Of a stretch of DNA of 60,958 nucleotides, positions 37,693-47,344 are shown piece after piece. A model generated the notes under the pieces. The model ran no database searches. It was not told the DNA's origin and was given only the letters and a program-made list of their open reading frames with translations. Each line of letters begins with the position of its first letter. The first letter of the stretch is position 1. The stretch comes from an uncultured Cytophagia bacterium (GTDB lineage: Bacteria; Zhuqueibacterota; Zhuqueibacteria; Thermofontimicrobiales; Thiofontviventaceae): contig CAZCJL010000030.1 in the NCBI GenBank assembly GCA_964498785.1, positions 1-60,958 of the forward strand, in the 5' to 3' direction. The translations under genes were made by a program, and so were the position numbers.

Positions 37693-39135
37693 TTACTTCA
37701 GCAAGCCATCATAATACGCATGGATAAATTCGGGATATTTCTTAATTTCCAGGTCCGATGTCAGTTTCTTCAAATATCCCGGAACTGCATGCTGCCGTTT
37801 GGTTATTAACAATTGTTCTTTGATGATATTTTTTACAGAATCGTACGCTGCATTCTGATAAATTGACGCCTTTCTGTCATGATAACAGGCTTGAACCTCT
37901 TTCTCAGCAACAGTTGTATTTTTAACCAACTGCCGGCGTACTTTTGACTGCAACAAATATTCTTTATAAAGGCCAGTTTTAAGTTTTACCTCAGGGGAGC
38001 TTTCCAACCCCATTTCCTTTGCCTCTGTCGTCAAAATCAAATCCCGAAAGGCAAAATCCAGGGTCGATTTATAACTTTTAAAAATCACATCATACGGAAT
38101 GTAATTAAGCGCACTGATAAATTGGCCAACCGTTAATTCCTGGTCATTCAACGCCGCCAAAATATCATACCGAATGTCCCAGAGATTGGTTTCCAATTGA
38201 ACCAGCTCTGATTCGCTTAATTGCATCATGTCCATTTGATCCGTGGTAGCCGGTTTCCGGTTGAGAATTTTAACCAGCTTGTCCCCCAACTGTTGCATCA
38301 CTGCTGGGCGCACCTGAATATCGACATCCTCCATCATTTTCCGAATGTATTCGCGTGCGAGCTTTTCGCCTTTTTTACTTTCTAATAAATATTTTGCTTT
38401 CTTCCGATGAAGCTCGTATTGTTGCCGGGTAATCATCGGATTTTTTTTAAAATTGATTACCTGGATGATATGATAGCCAAATTGTGACTTGATTGGTTTT
38501 GAATACTCATAATGTTGTAGATTAAACGCTGCCATAGCCAGATCATATTCCATCTGCTCCCATTGCACCCATCCGAGATCACCGCCACTTTGCGCCAATG
38601 CCGAATCGTTAAAAACCATGGCTGCCAAATCTTCAAACGCTACGCCCTGTTCGAGGCGTTGGTATAGTGCTTCTGCCTGTTCTTTGGTTTCAGCGAACAG
38701 ATGCCGGATATGCCGCTGCTGGTGTGTGTATAAATACGTCTGTTCGATTTCGTCTTCCGTTGTGTGAATGTCCGGTTTAATCACCTGCTCAAAATGCGCA
38801 TCGCGCAGACATTTATTTCGATATGCATCGATGCGATAGTGTATTCGCTCGTCATTGAGAATACCCATTTTTTCTGCCTGCTCCGCCAATAACCGTCGTT
38901 GGATCAATTCATCTAAAAATTCCTCACGCAGCTTTTTTGAATCAAATACAGTCGGCTGTTTAATGATTTCCAGATATGCGGTACGAAATTGTGTCAGGGT
39001 GATTTTGTGTTTGCCAAATTTCGCCACGACTCGTTCTTCTTTTGAACAATCGAATTGAAGCGAAATAAAAATTAGAGTAGGCAAAAAGAGCAGAATATTA
39101 TTTTTTGTAAATTTAAAAAGGTTTGGTTTTGTCAT
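37693..39135 (-). CDS. Periplasmic peptidyl-prolyl cis-trans isomerase of the SurA/PpiD type (parvulin domain).
   Basis: N-terminal signal/anchor, SurA-like chaperone region, and a PPIC-type rotamase domain (GGDLGWVQWEQMEYDLAMAAFNL...SQFGYHIIQV). Confidence 0.75.
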   Translation of the reverse strand: MTKPNLFKFTKNNILLFLPTLIFISLQFDCSKEERVVAKFGKHKITLTQFRTAYLEIIKQPTVFDSKKLREEFLDELIQRRLLAEQAEKMGILNDERIHYRIDAYRNKCLRDAHFEQVIKPDIHTTEDEIEQTYLYTHQQRHIRHLFAETKEQAEALYQRLEQGVAFEDLAAMVFNDSALAQSGGDLGWVQWEQMEYDLAMAAFNLQHYEYSKPIKSQFGYHIIQVINFKKNPMITRQQYELHRKKAKYLLESKKGEKLAREYIRKMMEDVDIQVRPAVMQQLGDKLVKILNRKPATTDQMDMMQLSESELVQLETNLWDIRYDILAALNDQELTVGQFISALNYIPYDVIFKSYKSTLDFAFRDLILTTEAKEMGLESSPEVKLKTGLYKEYLLQSKVRRQLVKNTTVAEKEVQACYHDRKASIYQNAAYDSVKNIIKEQLLITKRQHAVPGYLKKLTSDLEIKKYPEFIHAYYDGLLK

Positions 39136-39185
39136 ATTTAATTTTTAAAATTTCTACACGATGTGTCATCTATAATTGCCGGACA

Positions 39186-39290
39186 AACCCTTGCGAAGGT
39201 TTGTAGCCATACAATATATAGATAATTCATTGTAATTTTTTCAATATACAGACCAGTATATTTTTATAACCTTCGCAAGGGTAGTTCCGA
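39186..39290. repeat. Copy C of the palindromic MITE/REP-like element (about 105 bp).
   Basis: cccttgcgaaggttt ... acaatatatagataattcat ... aaccttcgcaagggtagttcc. Lies between the stop of 39369.. and the start of the SurA-like gene. Confidence 0.75.
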
Positions 39291-39368
39291 TACAGGCTGT
39301 GTGGAGACATCACACATTATTTTTTAGTTAAAAATCCGTGTGGATCAGTGTCAATCCGTAGCAAAATT

Positions 39369-42300
39369 TTATTTAATAATCAAAATTCTGCCTACATGTT
39401 CGCCGATGCCCGGTGCATCCACGTGGTAAATATAGACGCCATAGGCAATATCCATATTGTCTTCGGTCAGCAGGTCCCAGCTTTCCGAGCCATCGTATTC
39501 CGAAGAATCGTATTTGCCAATGGTTCCGGAGTCGTGCTCCAGTTTGCGCACGAGTGTCCCATCCACTGCATAAATGCGAATAGTACATTTGGGCGGCAGG
39601 TGGATAAACTGGAGCGAGCGCGGCCCTCTTCCTGATGTATAGGGATTGTGCGGTTCCCAGATTGCTGTCACAACATACGGATTGGGCACTGCCTTGATTT
39701 TGTCCAGATTCTTCTTTGCGTACTGATTATCGTACTTCTGCCCCGTTACTTTAAACCGGAACGCCGTATTTCCGTTGAACGGAAAATCCGGATACAGGCT
39801 GAGCGTGTCTCCGGCGCCAAGAATTCTGCCGTATTCATTGAAAAAATTCGTATCTTGCACTGCATTATTCAACAAGCTGAATGTAATAATTGTTGTATCT
39901 TCAAATTCCTCAAAAAAGATAATGCGATCCTTCGCTGAGAAAAAGCCTTTGGGAGTAATGGTTGACTTTACCGCTGCATCGGACACTGCAAACGGAACCT
40001 CCTCTCCGGTAGCTTTGTCATAGATTCGATAATTCACTTGTGTTGATGGAATCGGAATCGGTTTTCCGGTCGCGGCTAATGGCACACCCAAATAAGATGT
40101 TTCGGTGACAAGTTCATCGTAAAACACGATTTCATATTGTCTGGGATAAGCCACACCTGGTTTGAATCCATACATGGCAAATGCGCCGAATTTTAAATTA
40201 TATGCCGTGGAATAGTCAATATTATCGCTCCACTGAATCCCGTTGTAAATAGTGCTATCCGGCAAATCGATGACGCCAGCCGGTGGATTATAGACGAAAA
40301 TTTTCATGCCATTGACCACTGTGGTCAATGTCTGCGGATCCCCATCTCTGTCATCGAACAGGTTGCTGATTAATTTGTAGCCATCCTGTTCATATCGATA
40401 ATTGTAAAACCACACCGTGTCAATAACTGTCTCTGTGGTCAGATTTTTTAGCACAAATCCAGTCGTCATGTTGGGCATCATTTCGTCGATATCGGCTTTG
40501 TCGATTAGGCTATCGAAATCATTATCAAATAAATCCAAGGATTGATCCAGAAACTGAATTTCGTATTCATGCCCATCGCTGAGGGAATTGGGTTGGAGAA
40601 ATTTGACAGCCACTCTGCCACTGGTTTTGCCGCTCCCCACCATTTGTGGCTCCTGATCGAAGCCCGGCGGGACATAGCCCAGCGCCGGCGCCTGCGGCAC
40701 AACAGCTACCACATTTTCAGCTAACTGAATATTCCCGGCGGGATCGACATTCACAAAAATCGTATTTTCGGTCGGACCGATATTTTTCTCCAAATCACCT
40801 CTGTCATAAGCCGTCACAGCATAAAAATATTTCAATCCATTGGTCAGTTGTGAATCAACAAATGTATGAACCAGTCCGGTTTCATTGCCCAGATTGAACT
40901 GGACGCCGGTTCCGAATGTAACCGGGAAATAACCAAATACACTGTCGATTTTATCATAAATCGCGATGGGCTGTTTAAACCGTTCATAGCCCAGGCCATC
41001 GGTAATTTGTCCGGCATCTTCAAAGGTGTGATGCGTTGCCCGGTAAATTTTGTATCCTTCAAAATCATATTGTTTCAGGAACCGGTCAAAACTATATTCC
41101 GCCTGATCGTCCCAAAATAATGTTACCTTTTGATCTTCAGCAATCGCAGTGACTTTCGGTTTCATCGGCGCGACCGCGAAGTTATAGTTCGAGTTGTAAA
41201 TTTTCTGGATCACCTCTTTATTTCTGAGAATATCCACTTCGTCCCAGCCGTAAACCATGGATATGGAAAGAAATTCTTCCTGATTTGGCATGAGCGGGAA
41301 AAAGCCGCAGGAAAAGACATAGTCATAATCCTCGCGTTCCCGGGAACCGGTATCGAAATACCCCGGGCGGGAAATATCCCACATTTGGGGATCGTTGCTG
41401 TAAGTTACATCTCCGTATTGATAAAACTTAAAGCTGGTCAATCCAATCTGGTCTGATTCATCTACATCGACCTGGTCTATATTTGGTTCTCCGGGCAAGT
41501 CACCATATCCGGGCGTCGGAATTCCATCTCCTTCGCCGGCGTCGCCAGTACCCGGTTTACCGTCCAATCCCACGTCATCAAACAGTATATCCCAATCCTC
41601 ATCATTATCAATGCCATCGTCCCGGCGCTCATCGATCAAATAATTCGCCAGCCCGATGCTGTTTATGTAGTCTTTGGCTTTGTAATCCTGATCATTATAT
41701 TCCGACCGGATATATAAATAATACCACACCGAATCCTGTGTCATGGCGCCATCATTTTCATCAATCAAACCATTTAAATTATCATCAATTCCATTTCGCT
41801 CAATTTCCTGGATCGGACTATTCGGTTTCTTCGTATACGTAATTCCATTCACAGTAAATCTCGCACCTTCTTCGGGCATAGTAACGACTGCTCTTTCATA
41901 GGTATCGCTGTTATAATCGATCATCACAATCTGATCGCCAACACCATAAAATTTTGGTTCAAACATCGTTTCATCGATAATCACACCATCGCCATCAATG
42001 CCGTCGCCATCGTTATCAATGCCGTCATACGGATTTCCCGGGCTTTCCAGGAATGCAAATCCCACCCAGGGAACAGGCGAATACTGGCGTGTGCCGCTGT
42101 CATCCCAGTCATAATTTACAGCCAGCGCTTTTTCCCGATAGAATCTGGCAACGTCATCGTCCCAATCGGTATTTTCTCCAAGCAGCGCCCCACTGGATGC
42201 ACCGACATTAATACCAAACAGGGTGCTGTTCAAATAAAGTTCGCCGAAGTTCCTGATTTCATAGAGCCAGAACAGGCAATCCTCTGCATCAGGATTTGAC

Positions 42301-43004
42301 CACTGAAGACCGCGCACAGCCATTCGTAATCCCAGTCCACCTCGATCGGGTTCAGCAGCGATTGGTTTTGGAAGGCTATATCCCAGTAATCTTTTTTTAT
42401 ACTGGAAATCGTCCATTACAAAATAGCTTTCTTCATCCGCATTTTTCTGGTCTTTACCAAAATAGCCATTCCAGTGCCCACTCCATCCGGGGTCGTTGGC
42501 ATCTTTCATTTTATCGGGCCAATAGGGAGGCCAGGTAAACGCCTGATGGCTCATGGAAACTGCATGGAACGGGTCTTTGTCTCGCTGGGTCAAATTATAG
42601 TAACCAGGAATCGGCTCAAATCCGAGAAAAGCGCCGAGTGAGTCATGAGAGAATCGGTCTGGGTCCCAGCCCTGACAAAATATGGCAGGGGTAACATACT
42701 CGAATGTAGAGTCGCCGGTAACAGAATCGGTCCCTGCATATACTCTTAACCTGGACATTACGTAAGTTGAAGTATTTCCCATCTGCACCATCCCTGTTCC
42801 GATAGGCCACTCGCCGGCGTAAACAGTTGCCTGATCCCCTTTGATACCGCCCATCATTCCGTGATTATGGAAAGTTACACGGATTAAATTGCCGGCATGA
42901 TCATTTCTCGCCCGGTACAGGGTACTTCCATGACCGATTTCTTCGGCAGTTGCATTTAGCCCTCCCAGCAGGAATACCAGCAGCAAAAGAATTTTATATT
43001 TCAT
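39369..43004 (-). CDS. Large secreted protein with thrombospondin-type-3-like calcium-binding Asp-rich repeats, fibronectin-III-like domains and a variant T9SS C-terminal domain. ORF track start is 43094; ATG 43004 is preferred.
   Basis: Shine-Dalgarno AAGGAGATGA before MKYKILLLLVFLLGGLNATA. DGIDNDGDGIDGDGVIIDE and DDGIDNDEDWD...DGKPGTGDAGEGDGIPTPGYGD. C-terminus VPNPYVV...CTIRIYAVDGTLVRKLEH...GVYIYHV...GRILIIK. Confidence 0.65.
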   Translation of the reverse strand: MKYKILLLLVFLLGGLNATAEEIGHGSTLYRARNDHAGNLIRVTFHNHGMMGGIKGDQATVYAGEWPIGTGMVQMGNTSTYVMSRLRVYAGTDSVTGDSTFEYVTPAIFCQGWDPDRFSHDSLGAFLGFEPIPGYYNLTQRDKDPFHAVSMSHQAFTWPPYWPDKMKDANDPGWSGHWNGYFGKDQKNADEESYFVMDDFQYKKRLLGYSLPKPIAAEPDRGGLGLRMAVRGLQWSNPDAEDCLFWLYEIRNFGELYLNSTLFGINVGASSGALLGENTDWDDDVARFYREKALAVNYDWDDSGTRQYSPVPWVGFAFLESPGNPYDGIDNDGDGIDGDGVIIDETMFEPKFYGVGDQIVMIDYNSDTYERAVVTMPEEGARFTVNGITYTKKPNSPIQEIERNGIDDNLNGLIDENDGAMTQDSVWYYLYIRSEYNDQDYKAKDYINSIGLANYLIDERRDDGIDNDEDWDILFDDVGLDGKPGTGDAGEGDGIPTPGYGDLPGEPNIDQVDVDESDQIGLTSFKFYQYGDVTYSNDPQMWDISRPGYFDTGSREREDYDYVFSCGFFPLMPNQEEFLSISMVYGWDEVDILRNKEVIQKIYNSNYNFAVAPMKPKVTAIAEDQKVTLFWDDQAEYSFDRFLKQYDFEGYKIYRATHHTFEDAGQITDGLGYERFKQPIAIYDKIDSVFGYFPVTFGTGVQFNLGNETGLVHTFVDSQLTNGLKYFYAVTAYDRGDLEKNIGPTENTIFVNVDPAGNIQLAENVVAVVPQAPALGYVPPGFDQEPQMVGSGKTSGRVAVKFLQPNSLSDGHEYEIQFLDQSLDLFDNDFDSLIDKADIDEMMPNMTTGFVLKNLTTETVIDTVWFYNYRYEQDGYKLISNLFDDRDGDPQTLTTVVNGMKIFVYNPPAGVIDLPDSTIYNGIQWSDNIDYSTAYNLKFGAFAMYGFKPGVAYPRQYEIVFYDELVTETSYLGVPLAATGKPIPIPSTQVNYRIYDKATGEEVPFAVSDAAVKSTITPKGFFSAKDRIIFFEEFEDTTIITFSLLNNAVQDTNFFNEYGRILGAGDTLSLYPDFPFNGNTAFRFKVTGQKYDNQYAKKNLDKIKAVPNPYVVTAIWEPHNPYTSGRGPRSLQFIHLPPKCTIRIYAVDGTLVRKLEHDSGTIGKYDSSEYDGSESWDLLTEDNMDIAYGVYIYHVDAPGIGEHVGRILIIK

Positions 43005-43029
43005 AATATCATCTCCTTTTGGAACATGA

Positions 43030-44124
43030 TTAGAACGAAAAGATAAGTGAAAATTTATTTGTTCGATCCAAACGGCCAAAATCAACATTGGCATAATCCA
43101 GCGCCATTTCAGAATTTAAAATGTTGAAGTGAAATCCAAAACCAAAGGTCAAACCTCCCTCCCGGTTTTTCAGGAACAATTGACGATAACCTCCGCGAAG
43201 CGCAATCAGGTCATAAATTTTAATTTCGGACCCCATGTTTAAATATTCCCTGTTGTCGTTTGGGTGCACCGCATCAACAGCAACGACGAGATCATAGTTT
43301 TTCGTGTCAAAGAAATCTTTCGCCAAATTAGATGAAATGCCGACCCTGAACAAAATCGGAAGCGGGAAGCTATCGGTTTGCAGATTGGCGTTAATGTTTT
43401 GATTGTTCCCGGCGACCTGTTCAGAAATATCGTGCTGAATCAACAAATCTCTGCCATCCATTTTCAGATCCGTACCAAAGTTAGAAATGGACATGCCGAT
43501 GGTCAAATTTTTGAACCTCGTATGGTACAGGACTCCGACATCAAATGCCACAGCAGAAGAATGGCAATGCCAGATGGTTTCTTTCACGTATTTAATACTA
43601 CCGCCAATGGAAAAGCGGTCAGTCAATCCTCTGGCATAGCTTAAACCGGCTGCGAAAGAATTTGCTGATACTTTTTCACCGTTACCATCGGGAAATTGAA
43701 CAGTAGTCCGTTCAATATCCGGCATTCCGAGATACGCAATCGAAAAACCAAAAGTGCCCACAGACGGAATGGGAATGGCAACACCTCCGAACATATAGCT
43801 CAAATCTGCAATATAATCGAAATGATTAAACACTATTTGTTTGTTACTAATATTCGCCAGCCCGGCCGGATTCCAGAACAATCCTGTCACGTCTTCAGCC
43901 CGGGTTGAATAAGCCTCCCCCATGGCTAATGCACGGGCTCCTACACCAATTTTCAAAAATGGGGCAGCAGTGGTTCCCACACGACTGACAGATTGTGCAT
44001 TTACGGAGATGAATGAGCATGTAATTATGATTAATGCAATCCACAGATAAGCCGGCCGTACCCAATTCGCGTTTATGGACTGAGGATTTCCTCTGTCTCG
44101 TAGGATATTTTGCTTGTTATTCAT
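43030..44124 (-). CDS. PorV/PorQ-like (UPF0164) outer-membrane beta-barrel protein, T9SS-associated.
   Basis: Signal/anchor then TAAPFLKIGVGARALAMGEAYSTRAEDVTGLFWNPAGLA, which is the hallmark N-terminal block of PorV/PorQ-family proteins. Beta-barrel periodicity and C-terminal FSLIFSF. Confidence 0.6.
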   Translation of the reverse strand: MNNKQNILRDRGNPQSINANWVRPAYLWIALIIITCSFISVNAQSVSRVGTTAAPFLKIGVGARALAMGEAYSTRAEDVTGLFWNPAGLANISNKQIVFNHFDYIADLSYMFGGVAIPIPSVGTFGFSIAYLGMPDIERTTVQFPDGNGEKVSANSFAAGLSYARGLTDRFSIGGSIKYVKETIWHCHSSAVAFDVGVLYHTRFKNLTIGMSISNFGTDLKMDGRDLLIQHDISEQVAGNNQNINANLQTDSFPLPILFRVGISSNLAKDFFDTKNYDLVVAVDAVHPNDNREYLNMGSEIKIYDLIALRGGYRQLFLKNREGGLTFGFGFHFNILNSEMALDYANVDFGRLDRTNKFSLIFSF

Positions 44125-44138
44125 AGTTATACCTCATT

Positions 44139-47120
44139 TTAATTATAACTAATTCGGAAACCGAATTGAATAAATCTTGGCGAAGAATACATACCTGGCC
44201 GGGTATAAAATTCATCAATATTGGATATTTCCAGGAATCTGGTTCTTTGCCCATAACCTTCCAGCGTAAAATCCGGTTGTCCGGTATCGGCATAGACATA
44301 ATTCGCATTTCTGGTATCCAGCAGATTGCTGACATTGCAAAATGCCTGTAACTGCCATAATCCGAATCGGAATGATTTCATGATGCGCAGGTCTACATTA
44401 TATTTCAGAGGTGAGCGACCGCTGTTCTCCCGAAGGCCAATATAAGCCGCGCCTCCGGTAGCTTCGGAGCGTGCAAATTCCGGGGTATATGGCAATCCCG
44501 AATTCACATTGCCGATGAGCGTTGCTGTCCATCCTTTTATTGAATAGTTCATTACGAGATTCAGAGATTGCCGTTCGTCCCAATCCAGATTGACAAGTTG
44601 CACATGCGGCTCCCGTTTACTTTGCAAATTAGTATATGCGTCCCGTGGATCCGATGACGTTCCCTGTACTGTCATAAAAGTATAATCCATATTAATGGAA
44701 AACTGTTTCAGGCGATAGGACGATGATAATGTGATTCCTTTCGCTGTGGCATTATCACGGTTTTCCCATTTATAATAGGTTAATCCTTTGTATGTATCAA
44801 TCGGAAACCCTGGACCTACCCAATCCCGAATATCCCGGTAAAAGCCTGTGAGATGGATGAAAAGATCATCCCGAAGTTGTTGTTGCAAACCAATCTCGTA
44901 CATCACAGACCGTTCGGATTTTAAATCCGCATTTCCGACAAGATTTTCTGATCCAGCGCCCTCGATCCAGAAATTGGGATTTTGATATAAGTAGCGGAAT
45001 TCCGGATTCTGGAAAAAATGACCATACGAAAAATGAATTACCCCTTTTTCTGTGATCGGAAATGAAAGTCCGAACCGGGGACTGATCTGGGATTTCGTAC
45101 TCGGCTTGTTGTACCAGAATTGCTCCCGTTCCTCGATCGTGTATTCGACCAGCTCGCTGTCCGGCGTTGTCGGCGTATAATTATTGTAAACATGATCGAT
45201 TTTAAATGGCCGGTAAATTTGTGGGTCCTTGGGATCAGCTAAAATTCTGCCATCAGAATCGAAATAATCATAACGAATACCCATATTGATAATGAGCTCA
45301 TTAAATTCGATTTTGTCCTGAATGTATGCGGCAAATTCCCTCGGCTTCGCACTGTAATTTATATGAAACGGCGAATTTTCCGGTGGAATGAGCGGGCGAT
45401 AATCCACTTGCGAAAACTGAAGATCAAAGTAATCATTGGAAATATCATGAAATCTGCCTGATAGTCCTGTTTTCATCAAATGGCGTTTGGTAATCTGGCT
45501 GGTAAGATCAAGGTTAAATGATGCATATTTTGTTTTGGTCGTCGTACGCCGCGGATCATTTCCCCAGTAGGCAAAATCGTTTGAACGGGATGATATGGAT
45601 ATGTTATCATCCCGCTGCGGTCGAAACACATACTGCTCAAAATCACCTGGCTGCGTGGGCATATAGCGGTAATCGAACGGATCTTCATAAAGATAATTTT
45701 TGTGATCATTCACGTAATAGCTGCCTTTTAAATCAAGGAAGGTACTTCGCGAAAATATGTATGTCATGGATAATATCTGAGTGTAACGATCCGTATAATA
45801 ATATCTGCCGGCATCTGGTACATATTTAAATCGATAATCCGGATATGAACCACCCAATCTGTAACTTTTATCGTGATTATAGTAAATGCCGTAACTGAGA
45901 TTTAGATTTCCACTGACATTGAAATAAATTTTAGATTGCGTTGAAAATCCCTCGTACCAATTGAGAGGAACTATTTCATTATCCGGGGTTTCAAAGGTAT
46001 GCACGCTATCCGAAACCGGTGACCGGAACCCCCAGGGCATAAAATAGCGTTTTCCATGGTTATAACCCGGGCTGTATTGATACCGTCCTGAAATGAAATA
46101 TGATATTCGTTTTTTTGTACCGGGAATCGGCCCGGAAATGTTCATCTGCAAATCTCTTTGATTAAACGGATTATAGCTATTTAAATAGGGCTCTTTTTTC
46201 TGCCAGGGTTTTTCCATGGCTTCCACCGATTGAATCAGTTCATCGATGGATTCAATACCATCCCGTGAAAAATCATAATTCGGATAGGGATTCTGCATAT
46301 TCAACGTCCTGGCCATATCGTTTGCCCAGGCGGTATTGTCCATCACATAGTAAACATCATCTGCCAGGCTGAAATGATCGCCGAAATATGTGGTGAGGTT
46401 CATGGTAAATTTATCAGCCCCTTTCTTGGTGACGATATTCACCACGCCGGAAAGCGCCTGCCCGTACTCGGCATTAAAAGTGCCTGTAATTGCTTTCAAT
46501 TCCTCGATTGCCTGATCATCCACGCTTATGCCGGAGCTTCGGTTCAGCGGATTAATGACCTGTACACCATCCACCATATAGATAATTTCGTTAGTTCTTC
46601 CCCCGCGAATATGCAGATCGCCGGACGCATCTTTAACCACGCCTGCCTGCAGATTCACCAGCTCGGATACGCTGCGCACCGGCATCTGATCGATCTGGTC
46701 AGAACCAATCGACCTCTCGGATGAAGTTAAGTCCTTTTGAATGGGAGATCGCTCTGCTGTGACAACAACCTCTTCTCCCATATCTAGAATTGTGCCCGAC
46801 AATTGAAAATTCAGTTTTGTTGTCAAATCCACAGTGACACGAATATTTTCCATTCGCTGGTTTTGATAGCCAATCATCCTGGTAACCACAGAATAGACGC
46901 CCGGAGGGATATTAATTATGTAATATTCTCCATCCATATCGGTGGCAGCCCCCATCAGTGTCCCTTCGATAATGACATTTGCACCGACCAACGGATCACC
47001 GGTTTCGCTATCCACCACTTTACCGGCAATCTTGCCCGTTGTTCCCGCAAAACTGTCTGCGCTGAACAGAAGTAACATCGTCACTACAGAGATGACCACG
47101 ATTCCTGATTTTTTAGGCAT
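44139..47120 (-). CDS. TonB-dependent-receptor-like outer-membrane protein (CarboxypepD_reg domain, plug, 22-strand barrel).
   Basis: Shine-Dalgarno GAGGAGG. Signal peptide. GKIAGKVVDSETGDPLVGANVII..GT..GA.TD.DG.Y.I..P.G.Y is the CarboxypepD_reg domain. Plug motifs DLHIRGGRTNEIIYMVDGV and GVVNIVTK. Long barrel. It ends RISYN rather than the canonical aromatic residue. Confidence 0.6.
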   Translation of the reverse strand: MPKKSGIVVISVVTMLLLFSADSFAGTTGKIAGKVVDSETGDPLVGANVIIEGTLMGAATDMDGEYYIINIPPGVYSVVTRMIGYQNQRMENIRVTVDLTTKLNFQLSGTILDMGEEVVVTAERSPIQKDLTSSERSIGSDQIDQMPVRSVSELVNLQAGVVKDASGDLHIRGGRTNEIIYMVDGVQVINPLNRSSGISVDDQAIEELKAITGTFNAEYGQALSGVVNIVTKKGADKFTMNLTTYFGDHFSLADDVYYVMDNTAWANDMARTLNMQNPYPNYDFSRDGIESIDELIQSVEAMEKPWQKKEPYLNSYNPFNQRDLQMNISGPIPGTKKRISYFISGRYQYSPGYNHGKRYFMPWGFRSPVSDSVHTFETPDNEIVPLNWYEGFSTQSKIYFNVSGNLNLSYGIYYNHDKSYRLGGSYPDYRFKYVPDAGRYYYTDRYTQILSMTYIFSRSTFLDLKGSYYVNDHKNYLYEDPFDYRYMPTQPGDFEQYVFRPQRDDNISISSRSNDFAYWGNDPRRTTTKTKYASFNLDLTSQITKRHLMKTGLSGRFHDISNDYFDLQFSQVDYRPLIPPENSPFHINYSAKPREFAAYIQDKIEFNELIINMGIRYDYFDSDGRILADPKDPQIYRPFKIDHVYNNYTPTTPDSELVEYTIEEREQFWYNKPSTKSQISPRFGLSFPITEKGVIHFSYGHFFQNPEFRYLYQNPNFWIEGAGSENLVGNADLKSERSVMYEIGLQQQLRDDLFIHLTGFYRDIRDWVGPGFPIDTYKGLTYYKWENRDNATAKGITLSSSYRLKQFSINMDYTFMTVQGTSSDPRDAYTNLQSKREPHVQLVNLDWDERQSLNLVMNYSIKGWTATLIGNVNSGLPYTPEFARSEATGGAAYIGLRENSGRSPLKYNVDLRIMKSFRFGLWQLQAFCNVSNLLDTRNANYVYADTGQPDFTLEGYGQRTRFLEISNIDEFYTRPGMYSSPRFIQFGFRISYN

Positions 47121-47228
47121 TATGTCCTCCTCGCAACAGAAATAAAGTAATTATTAAACCGCAAAGTCCACAAAGAAATCACAAAGTTCACAGATAATGC
47201 CTCTGTGTACTTTGTGTATCCTTTATAG

Positions 47229-47266
47229 ACCCTTGCGAAGGTTTTGAACCTTCGCAAGGGTAGTTA
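47229..47266. repeat. Copy D, a minimal version of the MITE/REP-like element: the two terminal inverted repeats fused as a hairpin.
   Basis: cccttgcgaaggtttt-gaaccttcgcaagggtagtt. Confidence 0.7.
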
Positions 47267-47344
47267 ACAACTCCGGCGGGGCAATAACATCACAGATACA
47301 ACCCTGCCTGGTAATTTTCAAAATATTTTCCGAATAGAGAAAGA

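Noticed and set aside
44139-47120. Considered calling the 993-aa barrel protein a SprA/Sov T9SS translocon or a SusC.
   Set aside because: It is far too short for SprA (about 2400 aa). It has a TonB-dependent-receptor-like CarboxypepD_reg plus plug layout, but no SusD partner and no TonB-box-proximal N-terminal-extension evidence. It was kept as a generic TonB-dependent-receptor-like barrel.
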